From a virus (Duplodnaviria > Heunggongvirae > Uroviricota > Caudoviricetes), in the IMG/VR virus record IMGVR_UViG_2531839448_000005, positions 1-54,367 of that record: a stretch of DNA of 54,367 nucleotides, one strand, 5' to 3'. How positions within the stretch are numbered: position 1 is the first letter of the stretch; every line of letters starts with the position of its first letter. Under the pieces are notes generated by a model, which was not told the origin of the DNA, searched no databases, and saw only the letters and a list, made by a program, of their open reading frames with translations. The translations under genes were made by a program, and so were the position numbers. Of this stretch, positions 38,982 to 48,192 are shown piece after piece.

Positions 38982-40103
38982 TTACCCGAGCACGCCGGTT
39001 GCAAAGGCGTGATCAAGAAAACGAAAAATTAAATCAACCTGGGAACCATGCTTTTCTTCGAACGCCAGCGGATCCGCATGAAGTTCGTTGTGATGTTCCC
39101 GGCACAACGGTAGCGTGAAAATATCGTGGGCCTTTGTTCCCATCCCTCCCTGACCGTGACCAATCAGGTGATGGGGATCGTCGGCTGGCTGACCACAACA
39201 CGCACACGGCTGTGTCTTCACCCAGCGCGTATATTTCTCATTTACCCAACGGCGACGTTTAGGTCGCCTCATGAAAGATTCCGGAGACTCCGGATCAACG
39301 GTGATGCATACCACCGTCTTTTCCTGTGGTGGGTTCTGTTGCTGGTGGGCATGAGGCAACGGCGCAAGATTTTTTGTGCGCTGCTTCAGTATGCTGGTGG
39401 CGGTCTGCTCTCCCGGTACGATGTCGCTTTCGCGGTACAAGGAGCGGATTTTTTCCGCACGTACCCCCAGAGAACGACGTAATACTGCCTCCGGAAGCGC
39501 GTCCGCCACCTGATTGCAGACCGCCCACCAAGATAATTCAGCCAGCGACAATTCCCGCTCCTGCGTGCCATTCATTGCATGGCGTATGACGTCAATCATC
39601 CATGCTGACAGGTTTTGATGAGCAAGTTGCCCGAGTGATTCGGATGTCTGGTCACGCAACTGGTTGTCGCAGTGCCAGCACAACACCATCGCGCTGGTAC
39701 CGTAACGATGTATGACGATTTCACTGTGATGATAGTCACCATGAGGCCACTGGCAGGATTTGACATGACGCAACAGCCAGTCAGACAGTGCCCCAGCGCC
39801 GCCAGCAGCACGAATCACCCGCTCATCGCTGAAAAATGGCAGTAATGATTTATCCTCCGCCAGCGGCTGGCGAACGGCAGGGACGACTCCGGACGGCAGA
39901 CCGCGCATGCTTTTCGGTTCAGGCTCCACCAGCACTCGAGGGTTATGAAATACTTGCATGGATTCACGGCCCGGCCTAAGGACCACCAGCCCGAGTTCCG
40001 GTACCAGAACAGGTCGAAGTAATATCCGCACGTTACCTCCAGATCCGTTGCTGGTATGTGCGGGATGGGTGCGGTGGGCGTTCGGAATAAGGGAGCCTGA
40101 CAT
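38982..40103 (-). CDS. DUF968-family prophage protein (YdfU-like); true start probably internal
   Basis: C-terminal CACCGQPADDPHHLIGHGQGGMGTKAHD...PLCREHHNELH motif cluster. Confidence 0.55.
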   Translation of the reverse strand: MSGSLIPNAHRTHPAHTSNGSGGNVRILLRPVLVPELGLVVLRPGRESMQVFHNPRVLVEPEPKSMRGLPSGVVPAVRQPLAEDKSLLPFFSDERVIRAAGGAGALSDWLLRHVKSCQWPHGDYHHSEIVIHRYGTSAMVLCWHCDNQLRDQTSESLGQLAHQNLSAWMIDVIRHAMNGTQERELSLAELSWWAVCNQVADALPEAVLRRSLGVRAEKIRSLYRESDIVPGEQTATSILKQRTKNLAPLPHAHQQQNPPQEKTVVCITVDPESPESFMRRPKRRRWVNEKYTRWVKTQPCACCGQPADDPHHLIGHGQGGMGTKAHDIFTLPLCREHHNELHADPLAFEEKHGSQVDLIFRFLDHAFATGVLG

Positions 40104-40311
40104 AGATTATCCAGTGACGATAATCGAGGCTGAGGGCTTTCTTAATCTCGTATCCGCGTCTGCGATAGTTATGAATTAGCCATTCGGCCTGTTCTTCAGT
40201 ACATGGGTCATGCTGGAACCAGTCAGATTTGAAAGTGCGGGAACGCCGCCCGTGCCTGCTGGCAAAGACGGCAGAATCATCAGAATTGTGTAATTTGGTA
40301 TCGTGCGCCAT
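40033..40311 (-). CDS. hypothetical protein
   Basis: 92 aa ORF overlapping the DUF968 5' region; either could be the real start. Confidence 0.25.
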   Translation of the reverse strand: MAHDTKLHNSDDSAVFASRHGRRSRTFKSDWFQHDPCTEEQAEWLIHNYRRRGYEIKKALSLDYRHWIIYVRLPYSERPPHPSRTYQQRIWR

Positions 40312-40606
40312 CGGTTGTCTCTGCTGGCGCAGCAGGTGCCAGTTGTTCAGGCTGGCGTGCGAATTGTAAACCAGAATGCCAGGAAAAACAAAACCCGCCG
40401 AAGCGGGTATGCTAAAACAAACTGAAAGTAATATACCGGACTTGTAAAGGAACGATAGAATAATTATTGGATTAAACCCTGACTCAATCCAGATTTCATA
40501 GACAACAACTACGGACTAATCATCACAGTCATGTTTGATAGACTTAGTCCACATTGGGTGAGGGTTTACGGCGTTTTCACTAATAATTTATCGTCCAAGC
40601 TATACA

Positions 40607-40999
40607 CTACTGCCCTGTTTTAACGAAGTTTTTAAAGGAAACAACTGCCTGATAGGGGTTTGGTTGACAGCCAAACATATTATCGCAAAAAGGCTTGATG
40701 AAAATTCTTGAGGATCCATCTTCATTTGGCATTTTACTCACTTGATAAGCGAGGAATGGACTATTTGGAGAGGGATTATAAGTGGAAATTAGCGTGTCTG
40801 TCGCCGTTTGAATTTTCCATGAGGAATTATTAGCCAACCAGAATTGCGCTCGTTTCCAATAAAAGTCACATTGCTTTTCATCATTACATGTTAGTGGCTT
40901 CATTGCTTCTGCTTTCAACGCTGGATCGACCTTTGCTGCACACCCTCCCAACATTACTGTTGCAATCATTACACCTGCGACTAAAACAAGTTTCTTCAT
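40607..40999 (-). CDS. lipoprotein, unknown function
   Basis: signal peptide with lipobox LGGC; Cys-rich mature part. Confidence 0.5.
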   Translation of the reverse strand: MKKLVLVAGVMIATVMLGGCAAKVDPALKAEAMKPLTCNDEKQCDFYWKRAQFWLANNSSWKIQTATDTLISTYNPSPNSPFLAYQVSKMPNEDGSSRIFIKPFCDNMFGCQPNPYQAVVSFKNFVKTGQ

Positions 41000-41142
41000 C
41001 TCCCTGCCCCATCAATAAAAGTTCGGTTCTCTAATAACTAGAGTTAATCAACGGAAAAAACGCCGAAGCGGGTTAAGTGCGGGTGCGTTGAGGATGCCTG
41101 ACACATCAGAGGTGGCGAGGGATTTCTCCCCCGCCAGGTCTC

Positions 41143-41298
41143 TTACTCCTCAGGTTCGTAAGCTGTGAAGACAGCGACCTCCGTCTGGCCGGTTCGGATT
41201 CGTACCTCGCAGAGGTCTTTCCTCGTTACCAGTACCGTCACTATGACGGTTAAACAGATGACGATCAGGGCGATTAACATCGCCTTTTGCTGCTTCAT
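41143..41298 (-). CDS. hokD: Hok/Gef-family type I toxin
   Basis: MKQQKAMLIALIVICLTVIVTVLVTRKDLCEVRIRTGQTEVAVFTAYEPEE, near-identical to HokD/RelF as recalled. Confidence 0.85.
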   Translation of the reverse strand: MKQQKAMLIALIVICLTVIVTVLVTRKDLCEVRIRTGQTEVAVFTAYEPEE

Positions 41299-41558
41299 AG
41301 CCTGCTTCTCCTTGCCTTTCGGCACGTAAGAGGCTAACCTACATTTGTGAGACATAGATTGGGCCTCAGATTAATGTTAAGCGTCTTGCAGGACGCGTAA
41401 TGTTAACTGGGGCTTTTCTCTATCTGCCTTTTGGTGTTCATGCCCGAGGCAGATAGCCTCAAGCACCCGCAGCAATTCTACTTAACTCTCCTTTTCCCGC
41501 AAACCGTTTTTGCTCACCATGATAAGTCGTTATTGTAATTAATTGACATAACGATTAG

Positions 41559-42455
41559 TCAAAACTCAATTTTTTGCGCTGGTCTTGCATTTAATATCCA
41601 ACATTCTTGATGAGTGTGGTGCGCAATCAATAAATTTTGTAGTTGTGTTTTTTTGGCTTTATAATTTAACTCATTTGTCGTATCAATTATCCAATTCCCT
41701 GTCCCCGAAGAAGCCAGTGCCATGAGTTTATTACACTCTGCATGCATATTAATTATCTCACCAAACATATCTGTTTTTGTTTTTTTATTCACAAAGTTAG
41801 TAAAAATACCAGCATGCTTATAAGAATCCATTACAGTATAACGGCCATCACCATCTATATCAGAAGGTTTTGACATCCATTTAAAAACATGAAGGAGAAA
41901 AATATTGGCCGTCCAAGGAAATTCATCTCCATCAAGAAACGTTTCAGTAGTCGCTATACTCAGACTCTCAGTAAGATTAGTCGCCCCAATTAAAACAACC
42001 TCAGGCTCGCCATCCTTTCTTTTACCCGCCCCAACAAAATTGAACGTACCTGCATAACACTGTCCAAAATAAACAATAGCATTGTTTAAATTAGGTGCTC
42101 CTTTTAAAGCCTTGAGAAGTTGATGAGGAGTAATAGGATTTTTTGCATCCAGTCCTTGTGGGCAACCATGACCAGTAACAAACATTACTATGTTATTGTA
42201 GTTATTATCACGCAAGTCATTAAAGAAATCTGCTGATGCTTTTGACGCATAAGGATACTTCGAGGCTGATGAAAAAAAATCATCAAAATTCCTGTTAGGG
42301 CTGTCAATATATATTGATATGTCTCGTGGATTTATACCGGCCTTCTCAAGACATAGCACGCCAAAAACAATATCCAAAACGTGGCGCGATTCAACTTCTT
42401 CTTTAGAACAAGGCAAAAACATAACCCATTTCGTACGCTCAGACCTAAGGCTCAT
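41559..42455 (-). CDS. caspase-like (clan CD) peptidase-fold protein (tentative)
   Basis: beta-strand then GHG (IVMFVTGHG) and beta-strand then QC (IVYFGQCYAG) about 37 residues apart, resembling a His/Cys dyad; AT-rich gene. Confidence 0.35.
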   Translation of the reverse strand: MSLRSERTKWVMFLPCSKEEVESRHVLDIVFGVLCLEKAGINPRDISIYIDSPNRNFDDFFSSASKYPYASKASADFFNDLRDNNYNNIVMFVTGHGCPQGLDAKNPITPHQLLKALKGAPNLNNAIVYFGQCYAGTFNFVGAGKRKDGEPEVVLIGATNLTESLSIATTETFLDGDEFPWTANIFLLHVFKWMSKPSDIDGDGRYTVMDSYKHAGIFTNFVNKKTKTDMFGEIINMHAECNKLMALASSGTGNWIIDTTNELNYKAKKTQLQNLLIAHHTHQECWILNARPAQKIEF

Positions 42456-42495
42456 ACATATCCTTATGATTCGAATGTTTTAAGTTAAAATTTTG

Positions 42496-42789
42496 TTAAT
42501 ATTTAGGAGGCATTGCATTACTGAAAGATGGTGGCTTTGGTATATCAATAAAGTAAAAAAGCTCATCGATGCTTAAATGTTCAGTAATTTGGGTGGACGT
42601 TATTTGCCCTCTTTCATTCAAACCAAATATTTCATCGCCAGTTTTCAGAAAAAACACCACTTCAAATGTTGTGGTTACTTCATGCGCATAAGATTTGAAC
42701 AGCATCCACTGCCCGAGATTCACACACTCTTTTACTGAATCAGAAGTATCAGGTAACGCTGACGACTGTAGCCCTGTGAATTTCATCAT
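42496..42789 (-). CDS. hypothetical protein, upstream partner of the caspase-like gene
   Basis: 97 aa ORF 40 bp upstream on the same strand; AT-rich. Confidence 0.4.
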   Translation of the reverse strand: MMKFTGLQSSALPDTSDSVKECVNLGQWMLFKSYAHEVTTTFEVVFFLKTGDEIFGLNERGQITSTQITEHLSIDELFYFIDIPKPPSFSNAMPPKY

Positions 42790-42985
42790 TTATCCTTATG
42801 AATCCGCATACGACATTCTAACAACATGGTATTTTTACGAACACAAACTGTGTGGGCGAGTTACCGACCACACAGAGAAAATATAACTTTGTGCCTCCGT
42901 TTTCGTCAACCCCAGCGGCAAATCGAATACACCACCAGCGCCACCGCCATTGCAATTCCTACCGTTGTGAATGCTTCAGGCCAGG

Positions 42986-43330
42986 TCATCGCAAAACATC
43001 CTCCGCGCTTATCAGTTCGTTCCGCTTCAGGTAGTCCATCGCCTTATCCGGCAATTTACAGTCCGGCTTCACTTTCCTCAGTTGCCAGGTTAACTGCTTT
43101 ACCAGCATGGTTAACTCGTCGACCAGACGCTGATATCCCACTGGTTTGTATTCATGCAATTTACCGGCTGGCTCTGCTGCCAGCGATGCCAATGCGATTT
43201 CCAAAACAGCAATATCCATTTTATATGTGCGGATGATGTCATGGTCGATTGTGCCTGGTATGCACAGTCTCTGTGCTTCAATAGTCTCCTCTGCGTGAGT
43301 TATTAACTGCTCTCTGGTAAAAGTGGTCAT
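42986..43330 (-). CDS. hypothetical protein
   Basis: 114 aa ORF. Confidence 0.4.
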   Translation of the reverse strand: MTTFTREQLITHAEETIEAQRLCIPGTIDHDIIRTYKMDIAVLEIALASLAAEPAGKLHEYKPVGYQRLVDELTMLVKQLTWQLRKVKPDCKLPDKAMDYLKRNELISAEDVLR

Positions 43331-43340
43331 GTGTTACTCC

Positions 43341-43604
43341 TTAACCCGCAGTGCTTTCAACTGATGAGGGGAACAAAATCTTTTCATCAAACCCTGCATT
43401 CATATCATGAACAGCAACACACCAATCCACCGACGAACGATTATCAAGAGCCTCCATGATTTCATCCATGCGGCGTAGGTCATACAGGTAAATGTTTTTA
43501 TCGCCAATGGTGTAAAAGCCAATTTTTTTCGGTGATGGACAGCGATCAATGACGTCCTGTAATTCGTTCAACCATGCCTGTTCTTTTTTTGTCAAAGTTG
43601 CCAT
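43341..43604 (-). CDS. hypothetical protein
   Basis: start MATLTKKEQAWL. Confidence 0.4.
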   Translation of the reverse strand: MATLTKKEQAWLNELQDVIDRCPSPKKIGFYTIGDKNIYLYDLRRMDEIMEALDNRSSVDWCVAVHDMNAGFDEKILFPSSVESTAG

Positions 43605-43605
43605 A

Positions 43606-43824
43606 TCAGTTTTCCTTATACGGATTAATTTTATTGTGCAGTGTGTTGAACGGGGCCCATACAACGTCGTTATACAATTCAATAACGGGCTCAATTACTT
43701 TTCCGATTATCCAGGCCAGTAATAGCGGGGATATCGGTATCATCAACACGATAAACAGAATGAGAAACAAAAATTCTGTCGCTCTACTTTTTCGCGGATA
43801 TTCTTTTCTGAATAATGTAGGCAT
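43606..43824 (-). CDS. small membrane protein
   Basis: 72 aa with a central hydrophobic segment. Confidence 0.35.
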   Translation of the reverse strand: MPTLFRKEYPRKSRATEFLFLILFIVLMIPISPLLLAWIIGKVIEPVIELYNDVVWAPFNTLHNKINPYKEN

Positions 43825-43825
43825 A

Positions 43826-44041
43826 TCACTCTCCTTTGTTGCTCCTCAAAATTTTATGCCCTGGCGCAAAAGCACGCGTTTTGTCGGCGCTTATTCGCCA
43901 CCCATCTTTACGTGCCTCTTTTGCACAGCCAGCCCATGACGTACCGATATACTCACCAAAATCTGGCGACTTATATTTGCCATTTGTACACTGGAGGCAA
44001 TCACAATAGAGATGCATGGTGTAACTTGCAGCGATAGCCAT
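43826..44041 (-). CDS. Cys-rich small protein
   Basis: start MAIAASYTMHLYCDCLQCTNGKYK. Confidence 0.35.
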   Translation of the reverse strand: MAIAASYTMHLYCDCLQCTNGKYKSPDFGEYIGTSWAGCAKEARKDGWRISADKTRAFAPGHKILRSNKGE

Positions 44042-44042
44042 A

Positions 44043-44234
44043 TCACTCTCCTTTAGTACGCAAGTGGTTTTTCCAGCGGTTTTGCGCCGCGCTGCGCTTA
44101 TCTTTGACTCCCTCTCTGGCAATTCCAGAATATAAGTACAACACCACACGGCGATTGCTAACTCTCAACCACTGGCTGGGATGGCAACGTCTGTATACAC
44201 GGGAAATAAGCATCTTTGCTTTACGGTTTTTCAT
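44043..44234 (-). CDS. small basic protein (paralog 1)
   Basis: start MKNRKAKM; duplicated 5' region shared with the next gene. Confidence 0.35.
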   Translation of the reverse strand: MKNRKAKMLISRVYRRCHPSQWLRVSNRRVVLYLYSGIAREGVKDKRSAAQNRWKNHLRTKGE

Positions 44235-44413
44235 CGTACTGCGTACCCTTTCTTCCGCCTGTTCTGTGCCGCGGTAGGCTTTTTGCAAAAACCACAATCC
44301 ATCATCCCGTAATGTTTCATTAACCCCATCCGTCGGTTGCTGAGTCTCACCCACTGCCAGACGCCAGGAGCGTTTCTACGAACTAACAGAATCTTTGCTT
44401 TACGGTTTTTCAT
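44231..44413 (-). CDS. small basic protein (paralog 2)
   Basis: start MKNRKAKI; the sequence AATCTTTGCTTTACGGTTTTTCATCGT recurs at both gene starts. Confidence 0.35.
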   Translation of the reverse strand: MKNRKAKILLVRRNAPGVWQWVRLSNRRMGLMKHYGMMDCGFCKKPTAAQNRRKKGYAVR

Positions 44414-44537
44414 CGTTTTATTCTCCGATTAGTTCAGCCATTTTTATTACCGCCCTTTCGGGCGGCCTCCGGATGATTTGAGGGTGCAGAAATCCCTCCG
44501 GTTAAGGATTTGATTTTATTTACAGTGCTAAATTTAA

Positions 44538-44894
44538 TTATTCAGTTATGGATTTTGTCGCCCTGCGTATCCGCGCTTTCGCGTTACGCTCAATCTGAAT
44601 TAACTTTTCTATATTTTTCCGCCTTTCCTGTTCCTCCTGGCGCAATAGCTTTACATCATCTGCCAGCCTGGTTTCTCTTTTCGCCACAGAGAGCATCCAG
44701 TCAAATGGCTCCACAACTGCACCGCAGATTTTACAGCGGACCTGGCGCTCTTTTTCGTCAACCCGGACAGAGGCGTGATGGCAGTATGGTCTTTCCGATG
44801 GCTCATAAAGAAAATTAACCTGATTACGTGGGTCATCCTCTTTTACCGGAAATAAAACAATATTACTTAACTCATCTTCTGGTTTTATTTCCAT
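44538..44894 (-). CDS. hypothetical zinc-ribbon protein
   Basis: CHH...CKICG motif. Confidence 0.35.
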   Translation of the reverse strand: MEIKPEDELSNIVLFPVKEDDPRNQVNFLYEPSERPYCHHASVRVDEKERQVRCKICGAVVEPFDWMLSVAKRETRLADDVKLLRQEEQERRKNIEKLIQIERNAKARIRRATKSITE

Positions 44895-44963
44895 GCTCCT
44901 CTCCTTTGATGCGAATGCCAGCGGCAATTGAAGCCTGATAGCTAATTTCACTCACAGCACCAC

Positions 44964-45374
44964 CTACTGAAAATTCCCCTGATAAAACGACAATATGCGC
45001 TGCATAACTTCGCTCTTCCGGCACTCGCGACAGATTATGTTTAGGCGACTGTCGTAGCGACGTATTTCTCCGTCAGGTAATGACCAGATAAGGTCCGGAT
45101 CAACCACAACCGGTTTCTTCAGCTTTGCCCTCGATAATTTTTTGCGGGCATTTTGCCAGTCCTTACGAGCCTGTTCAGACGGAAATAACCCGTAACCAGA
45201 GTTGTATACATCGCCACTAGCAACCAGCTCTCTGGCAAGAACGCTCATCAGATATCTTGTCGCACCTGTTTTGACTTCCAGTTGCCGTAACGTCTCACGC
45301 CCACTCTGGCGTACGAGTTCAACAACCTGCCCTTTAATTTTTTCTCGCTCTTCTTGTGTAAAAACTTTTGCCAC
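44964..45374 (-). CDS. hypothetical protein
   Basis: 136 aa ORF downstream of the replication gene. Confidence 0.4.
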   Translation of the reverse strand: MAKVFTQEEREKIKGQVVELVRQSGRETLRQLEVKTGATRYLMSVLARELVASGDVYNSGYGLFPSEQARKDWQNARKKLSRAKLKKPVVVDPDLIWSLPDGEIRRYDSRLNIICRECRKSEVMQRILSFYQGNFQ

Positions 45375-45414
45375 AAGTCCTCCTGAAAATTACCTCATGA
45401 CCAGAAATTAACAC

Positions 45415-46497
45415 TTACCCCCTGAAGCCCGGTGGAATTTCGGTATCCGGTTCAGAAATATGATTCACACAACGCTGGTTGTTCGTGCCGCTTACCGGGA
45501 GCAGCCAGGGGTTTTCAAAATTCCGGTCCGGTCCAAAAAACGTCGTCGCTCGCTGAACAAATTCCGTTCCCGTTTTCCCGGTAGCCGCAAGGTATCTTGC
45601 GTAACGCCTCACGCCATCCAGCATGGCCTCTGGTGACACCCCCTCGCGTAATCTGGCCTTCCAAGCACTGAAAGCGGATTTCTTCGGGTTTGCCCCAGCA
45701 CGCAACGGGTATTCCCGCCAGACCTGTTCGAACACATCCGGATAATCCACTCGTCCCACAGGCTGCCCGGTGTTTTCCGGGACTACCCGATCGGCTTCCC
45801 GCTGAATGGCGGAATCGGCTTCAGGCTGCTGCAGTTGGTGTGATTGCTCCGGCCTTGCGGTCATCACCTGCTGCACAGCGCCCGAATCGGCTTTCAGCGC
45901 ATACGCTGAATCGGCTTCCGGTGTCGTGCCTGCTGGCTGACCAAGATTGACGGTCTGAACATCCCCTGCCTGGTTCGTGGCGTTTTTTACGCCATGGACC
46001 ATAGTGTTTTGATCTTCTTGATCTGTATCTGTATCTTTATCTGTATCTTTATCTGTCGTGACTCGTCGTGACATGTGCGTGACATTTCGTGACGCGCCGT
46101 GACAATCGCCATTTTGTTCCCGCTTTCTTTCCCTCTCTCGCTGCGCCCTCTTGCGCTCTGCAGGAGATTTTGCGGTTTGCGAAATATTGCCGTTGTCCTC
46201 TTTAAGCACCTGGCGTTTTTCCCATCCAGTGATTAAATCACCATCAAGTACCCGCCCCTGCATCGTCTGCAAAATTGAATCAATTACCTCTTCTGTCACG
46301 TCGAGCGCACTTGCCAAATCTTCTGTCGTGACATCAATGTGACCTCGCGTGACATTTCGTGACGCGCTCACCAGGAGGTGGATATACACTGCCATCACTG
46401 TTGCAATTGGCTGCCCTGACACCCTGGCAATTGTTCGCCACTTAGGGTCATTTGGCATGTCATGCCATAATCTGAGCCAGGCGTTAGCCATACTCAC
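45415..46497 (-). CDS. replication initiation protein (lambda O-like role) with internal iterons
   Basis: 360 aa; acidic DKDTDKDTDTD linker encoded by tandem repeats; GTGAC iterons inside the gene. Confidence 0.5.
   Translation of the reverse strand: MSMANAWLRLWHDMPNDPKWRTIARVSGQPIATVMAVYIHLLVSASRNVTRGHIDVTTEDLASALDVTEEVIDSILQTMQGRVLDGDLITGWEKRQVLKEDNGNISQTAKSPAERKRAQRERERKREQNGDCHGASRNVTHMSRRVTTDKDTDKDTDTDQEDQNTMVHGVKNATNQAGDVQTVNLGQPAGTTPEADSAYALKADSGAVQQVMTARPEQSHQLQQPEADSAIQREADRVVPENTGQPVGRVDYPDVFEQVWREYPLRAGANPKKSAFSAWKARLREGVSPEAMLDGVRRYARYLAATGKTGTEFVQRATTFFGPDRNFENPWLLPVSGTNNQRCVNHISEPDTEIPPGFRG
46010..46110. repeat. tandem ATCTGT and CGTGAC repeats (candidate prophage ori iterons)
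   Basis: 4-5 ATCTGT(ATCTTT) units then five CGTGAC units within the replication gene. Confidence 0.5.
46320..46370. repeat. second group of CGTGAC repeats
   Basis: three further GTGAC units about 250 bp from the first group. Confidence 0.45.
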
Positions 46498-46562
46498 CTC
46501 TTCTGATACCGAATCTTTTTACTCACGAGTTGCCGGAAGCGATTCGATATGGCTATTGTCAG

Positions 46563-46988
46563 TCAATGTACTGCCACAGCATTTCCTGCCGGGCCACCAC
46601 GGTTCATCTGATTGAAACCGGCGATTGCCACTGCGACAAAATCATCAGCGTCTCTCACCAATCGCTCCCGCGTCTCCACCAGCTCCCGAAAATAAGCTGA
46701 ACTGTGGCTGCGCATTCTGGCCACCAGCAAAGGTGGCATTGCCTTTTCGATCGCTGGTAACAACGCCTGAATTTTTTCAACTGCATCAGGGGTGTCTTTC
46801 TCTACCCAGCGGAAAATTTTCTGGGTATTGCGAGCCAAGGCTTCCGGATGGCTGTCGTCATACAGTTCCGGGAACGTCATTCCCAGCTCGAAATACGCTT
46901 TGGTAATTTTCGCAGCCGGTACTTTTTCGCCGTCCGGATGCGCCCAGGCATTCATCGCCATGCGGATGTGTTCATGCTTGATTTTCAT
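46563..46988 (-). CDS. YdaT-like protein (Rac-type immunity region)
   Basis: 141 aa ORF directly downstream of the cro-like gene. Confidence 0.45.
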   Translation of the reverse strand: MKIKHEHIRMAMNAWAHPDGEKVPAAKITKAYFELGMTFPELYDDSHPEALARNTQKIFRWVEKDTPDAVEKIQALLPAIEKAMPPLLVARMRSHSSAYFRELVETRERLVRDADDFVAVAIAGFNQMNRGGPAGNAVAVH

Positions 46989-47239
46989 GAATCAACTCCC
47001 ATCAGCTTTTTCGTAGTAGTTTTATTCCTGCCAATAGTTAAAATTGCATCGGCAGAAAATAATCCGTTTGATGCAAGAGCGATTTTTTCAGCGTAATTTG
47101 TTTCGCCGGTATATTCTGTGCGAGGCAATTTTCCGTTATCCATCCATTTATAGATTGCTCTTTGGCTGACACCACAAACGTCGGCCACAACAGCAACGCG
47201 AACAGTTTTGATTACATCTTCAAGTGTTTTCTGGTTCAT
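46985..47239 (-). CDS. Cro/YdaS-like HTH regulator
   Basis: start MNQKTLEDVIK; HTH VCGVSQRAIYKWM; divergent from the repressor. Confidence 0.55.
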   Translation of the reverse strand: MNQKTLEDVIKTVRVAVVADVCGVSQRAIYKWMDNGKLPRTEYTGETNYAEKIALASNGLFSADAILTIGRNKTTTKKLMGVDS

Positions 47240-47254
47240 ATCACCCTCATAATG

Positions 47255-47300
47255 TGAACTTTGAGTACATGCTATAACAGAACTGACAGTACATTCAAGA
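47255..47300. promoter_or_regulatory. divergent promoter and operator region with AGTACAT repeats
   Basis: GAGTACATG at 47262-47270 and CAGTACATT at 47286-47294 between divergent regulators. Confidence 0.4.
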
Positions 47301-47318
47301 GCGAATATCATTGAACTT

Positions 47319-47738
47319 ATGGTTCATGAAGATAAAGCGCGTAAAGAGTTCGCCAGTAGGCTTGCGCTAGCCTGTGAAAACGCTGGTTATGAACAACATG
47401 GAAGGCAGGCAGAAATTGCCCGTCGAATGAAATTAACACCAAAAGCGGTTAGCAAATGGTTTAATGGCGAAACAATTCCTCGCCGGGAGAAATTAAGGGA
47501 ATTAGCAACACTAATAGGAACAACACCAACCTATCTTTTGGGAGAGGATACAGAAGAAAGTGGACAGGTACGTTTCTATCAGGAGTTAAATCCAAGACAA
47601 AAAATCATCATTGACCTTCTGGACGAGCTCCCTGACAGTGAGACAGATGAACTTTTAAAAACTCTTGAAGAGAAAAAACAGAAGTACAATGCAATTTACG
47701 AAGAGTTAGCACGAAAGAAAAAACAAAAAGCCTCTTAA
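47319..47738 (+). CDS. prophage repressor (HTH, RacR-like)
   Basis: 139 aa; HTH ARRMKLTPKAVSKWFNGE; divergent from the cro-like gene. Confidence 0.6.
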   Translation: MVHEDKARKEFASRLALACENAGYEQHGRQAEIARRMKLTPKAVSKWFNGETIPRREKLRELATLIGTTPTYLLGEDTEESGQVRFYQELNPRQKIIIDLLDELPDSETDELLKTLEEKKQKYNAIYEELARKKKQKAS

Positions 47739-47809
47739 ACCAGCATAAATCCGGTAGCGCCTTCCTCCGGGTTTGTGCTTCACTTTATCCCATCTCATTT
47801 TTTTACACA

Positions 47810-47860
47810 CAGAATGTACTAAAAGTACTTTACAACAATGAACGCAAAGTACATTATATA
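47810..47860. promoter_or_regulatory. putative early-left promoter operators (AGTAC repeats)
   Basis: ATGTACT, AAGTACTTT and AAGTACATT within 50 bp downstream of the repressor. Confidence 0.35.
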
Positions 47861-48035
47861 CCTGCCACCCACCCCGCCCCACAGAATGCAGGGCAATACT
47901 TCGAGTTACCAGGCAGTGGTCAGGGGTTAAGTAGCCAGCCCGAGGCGTAAGAACATGACGGCAGGGTTCAACTTTAATAACTATGCAGCAGGTTTTTGTT
48001 CCGCTACCCCGGCGTTAAGGGGAAATGAGGTCAGC

Positions 48036-48191
48036 ATGGATACTATCAATCTTGGCAACAGCGAATCTCTGGTATGTGGCGTGTTCCCCAACCAGGACGG
48101 TACGTTCACCGCAATGACGTATACCAAAAGCAAAACGTTTAAAACCGAATCTGGAGCGCGTCGCTGGCTGGAAAGAAATTCAGGTGGGTGA
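48036..48191 (+). CDS. hypothetical protein
   Basis: start MDTINLGNSES. Confidence 0.3.
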   Translation: MDTINLGNSESLVCGVFPNQDGTFTAMTYTKSKTFKTESGARRWLERNSGG

Positions 48192-48192
48192 T

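Noticed and set aside
46010-46110. CRISPR array
   Set aside because: Repeats are 6-8 bp, tandem, without spacers, and lie inside a protein-coding frame; no cas genes in the window.
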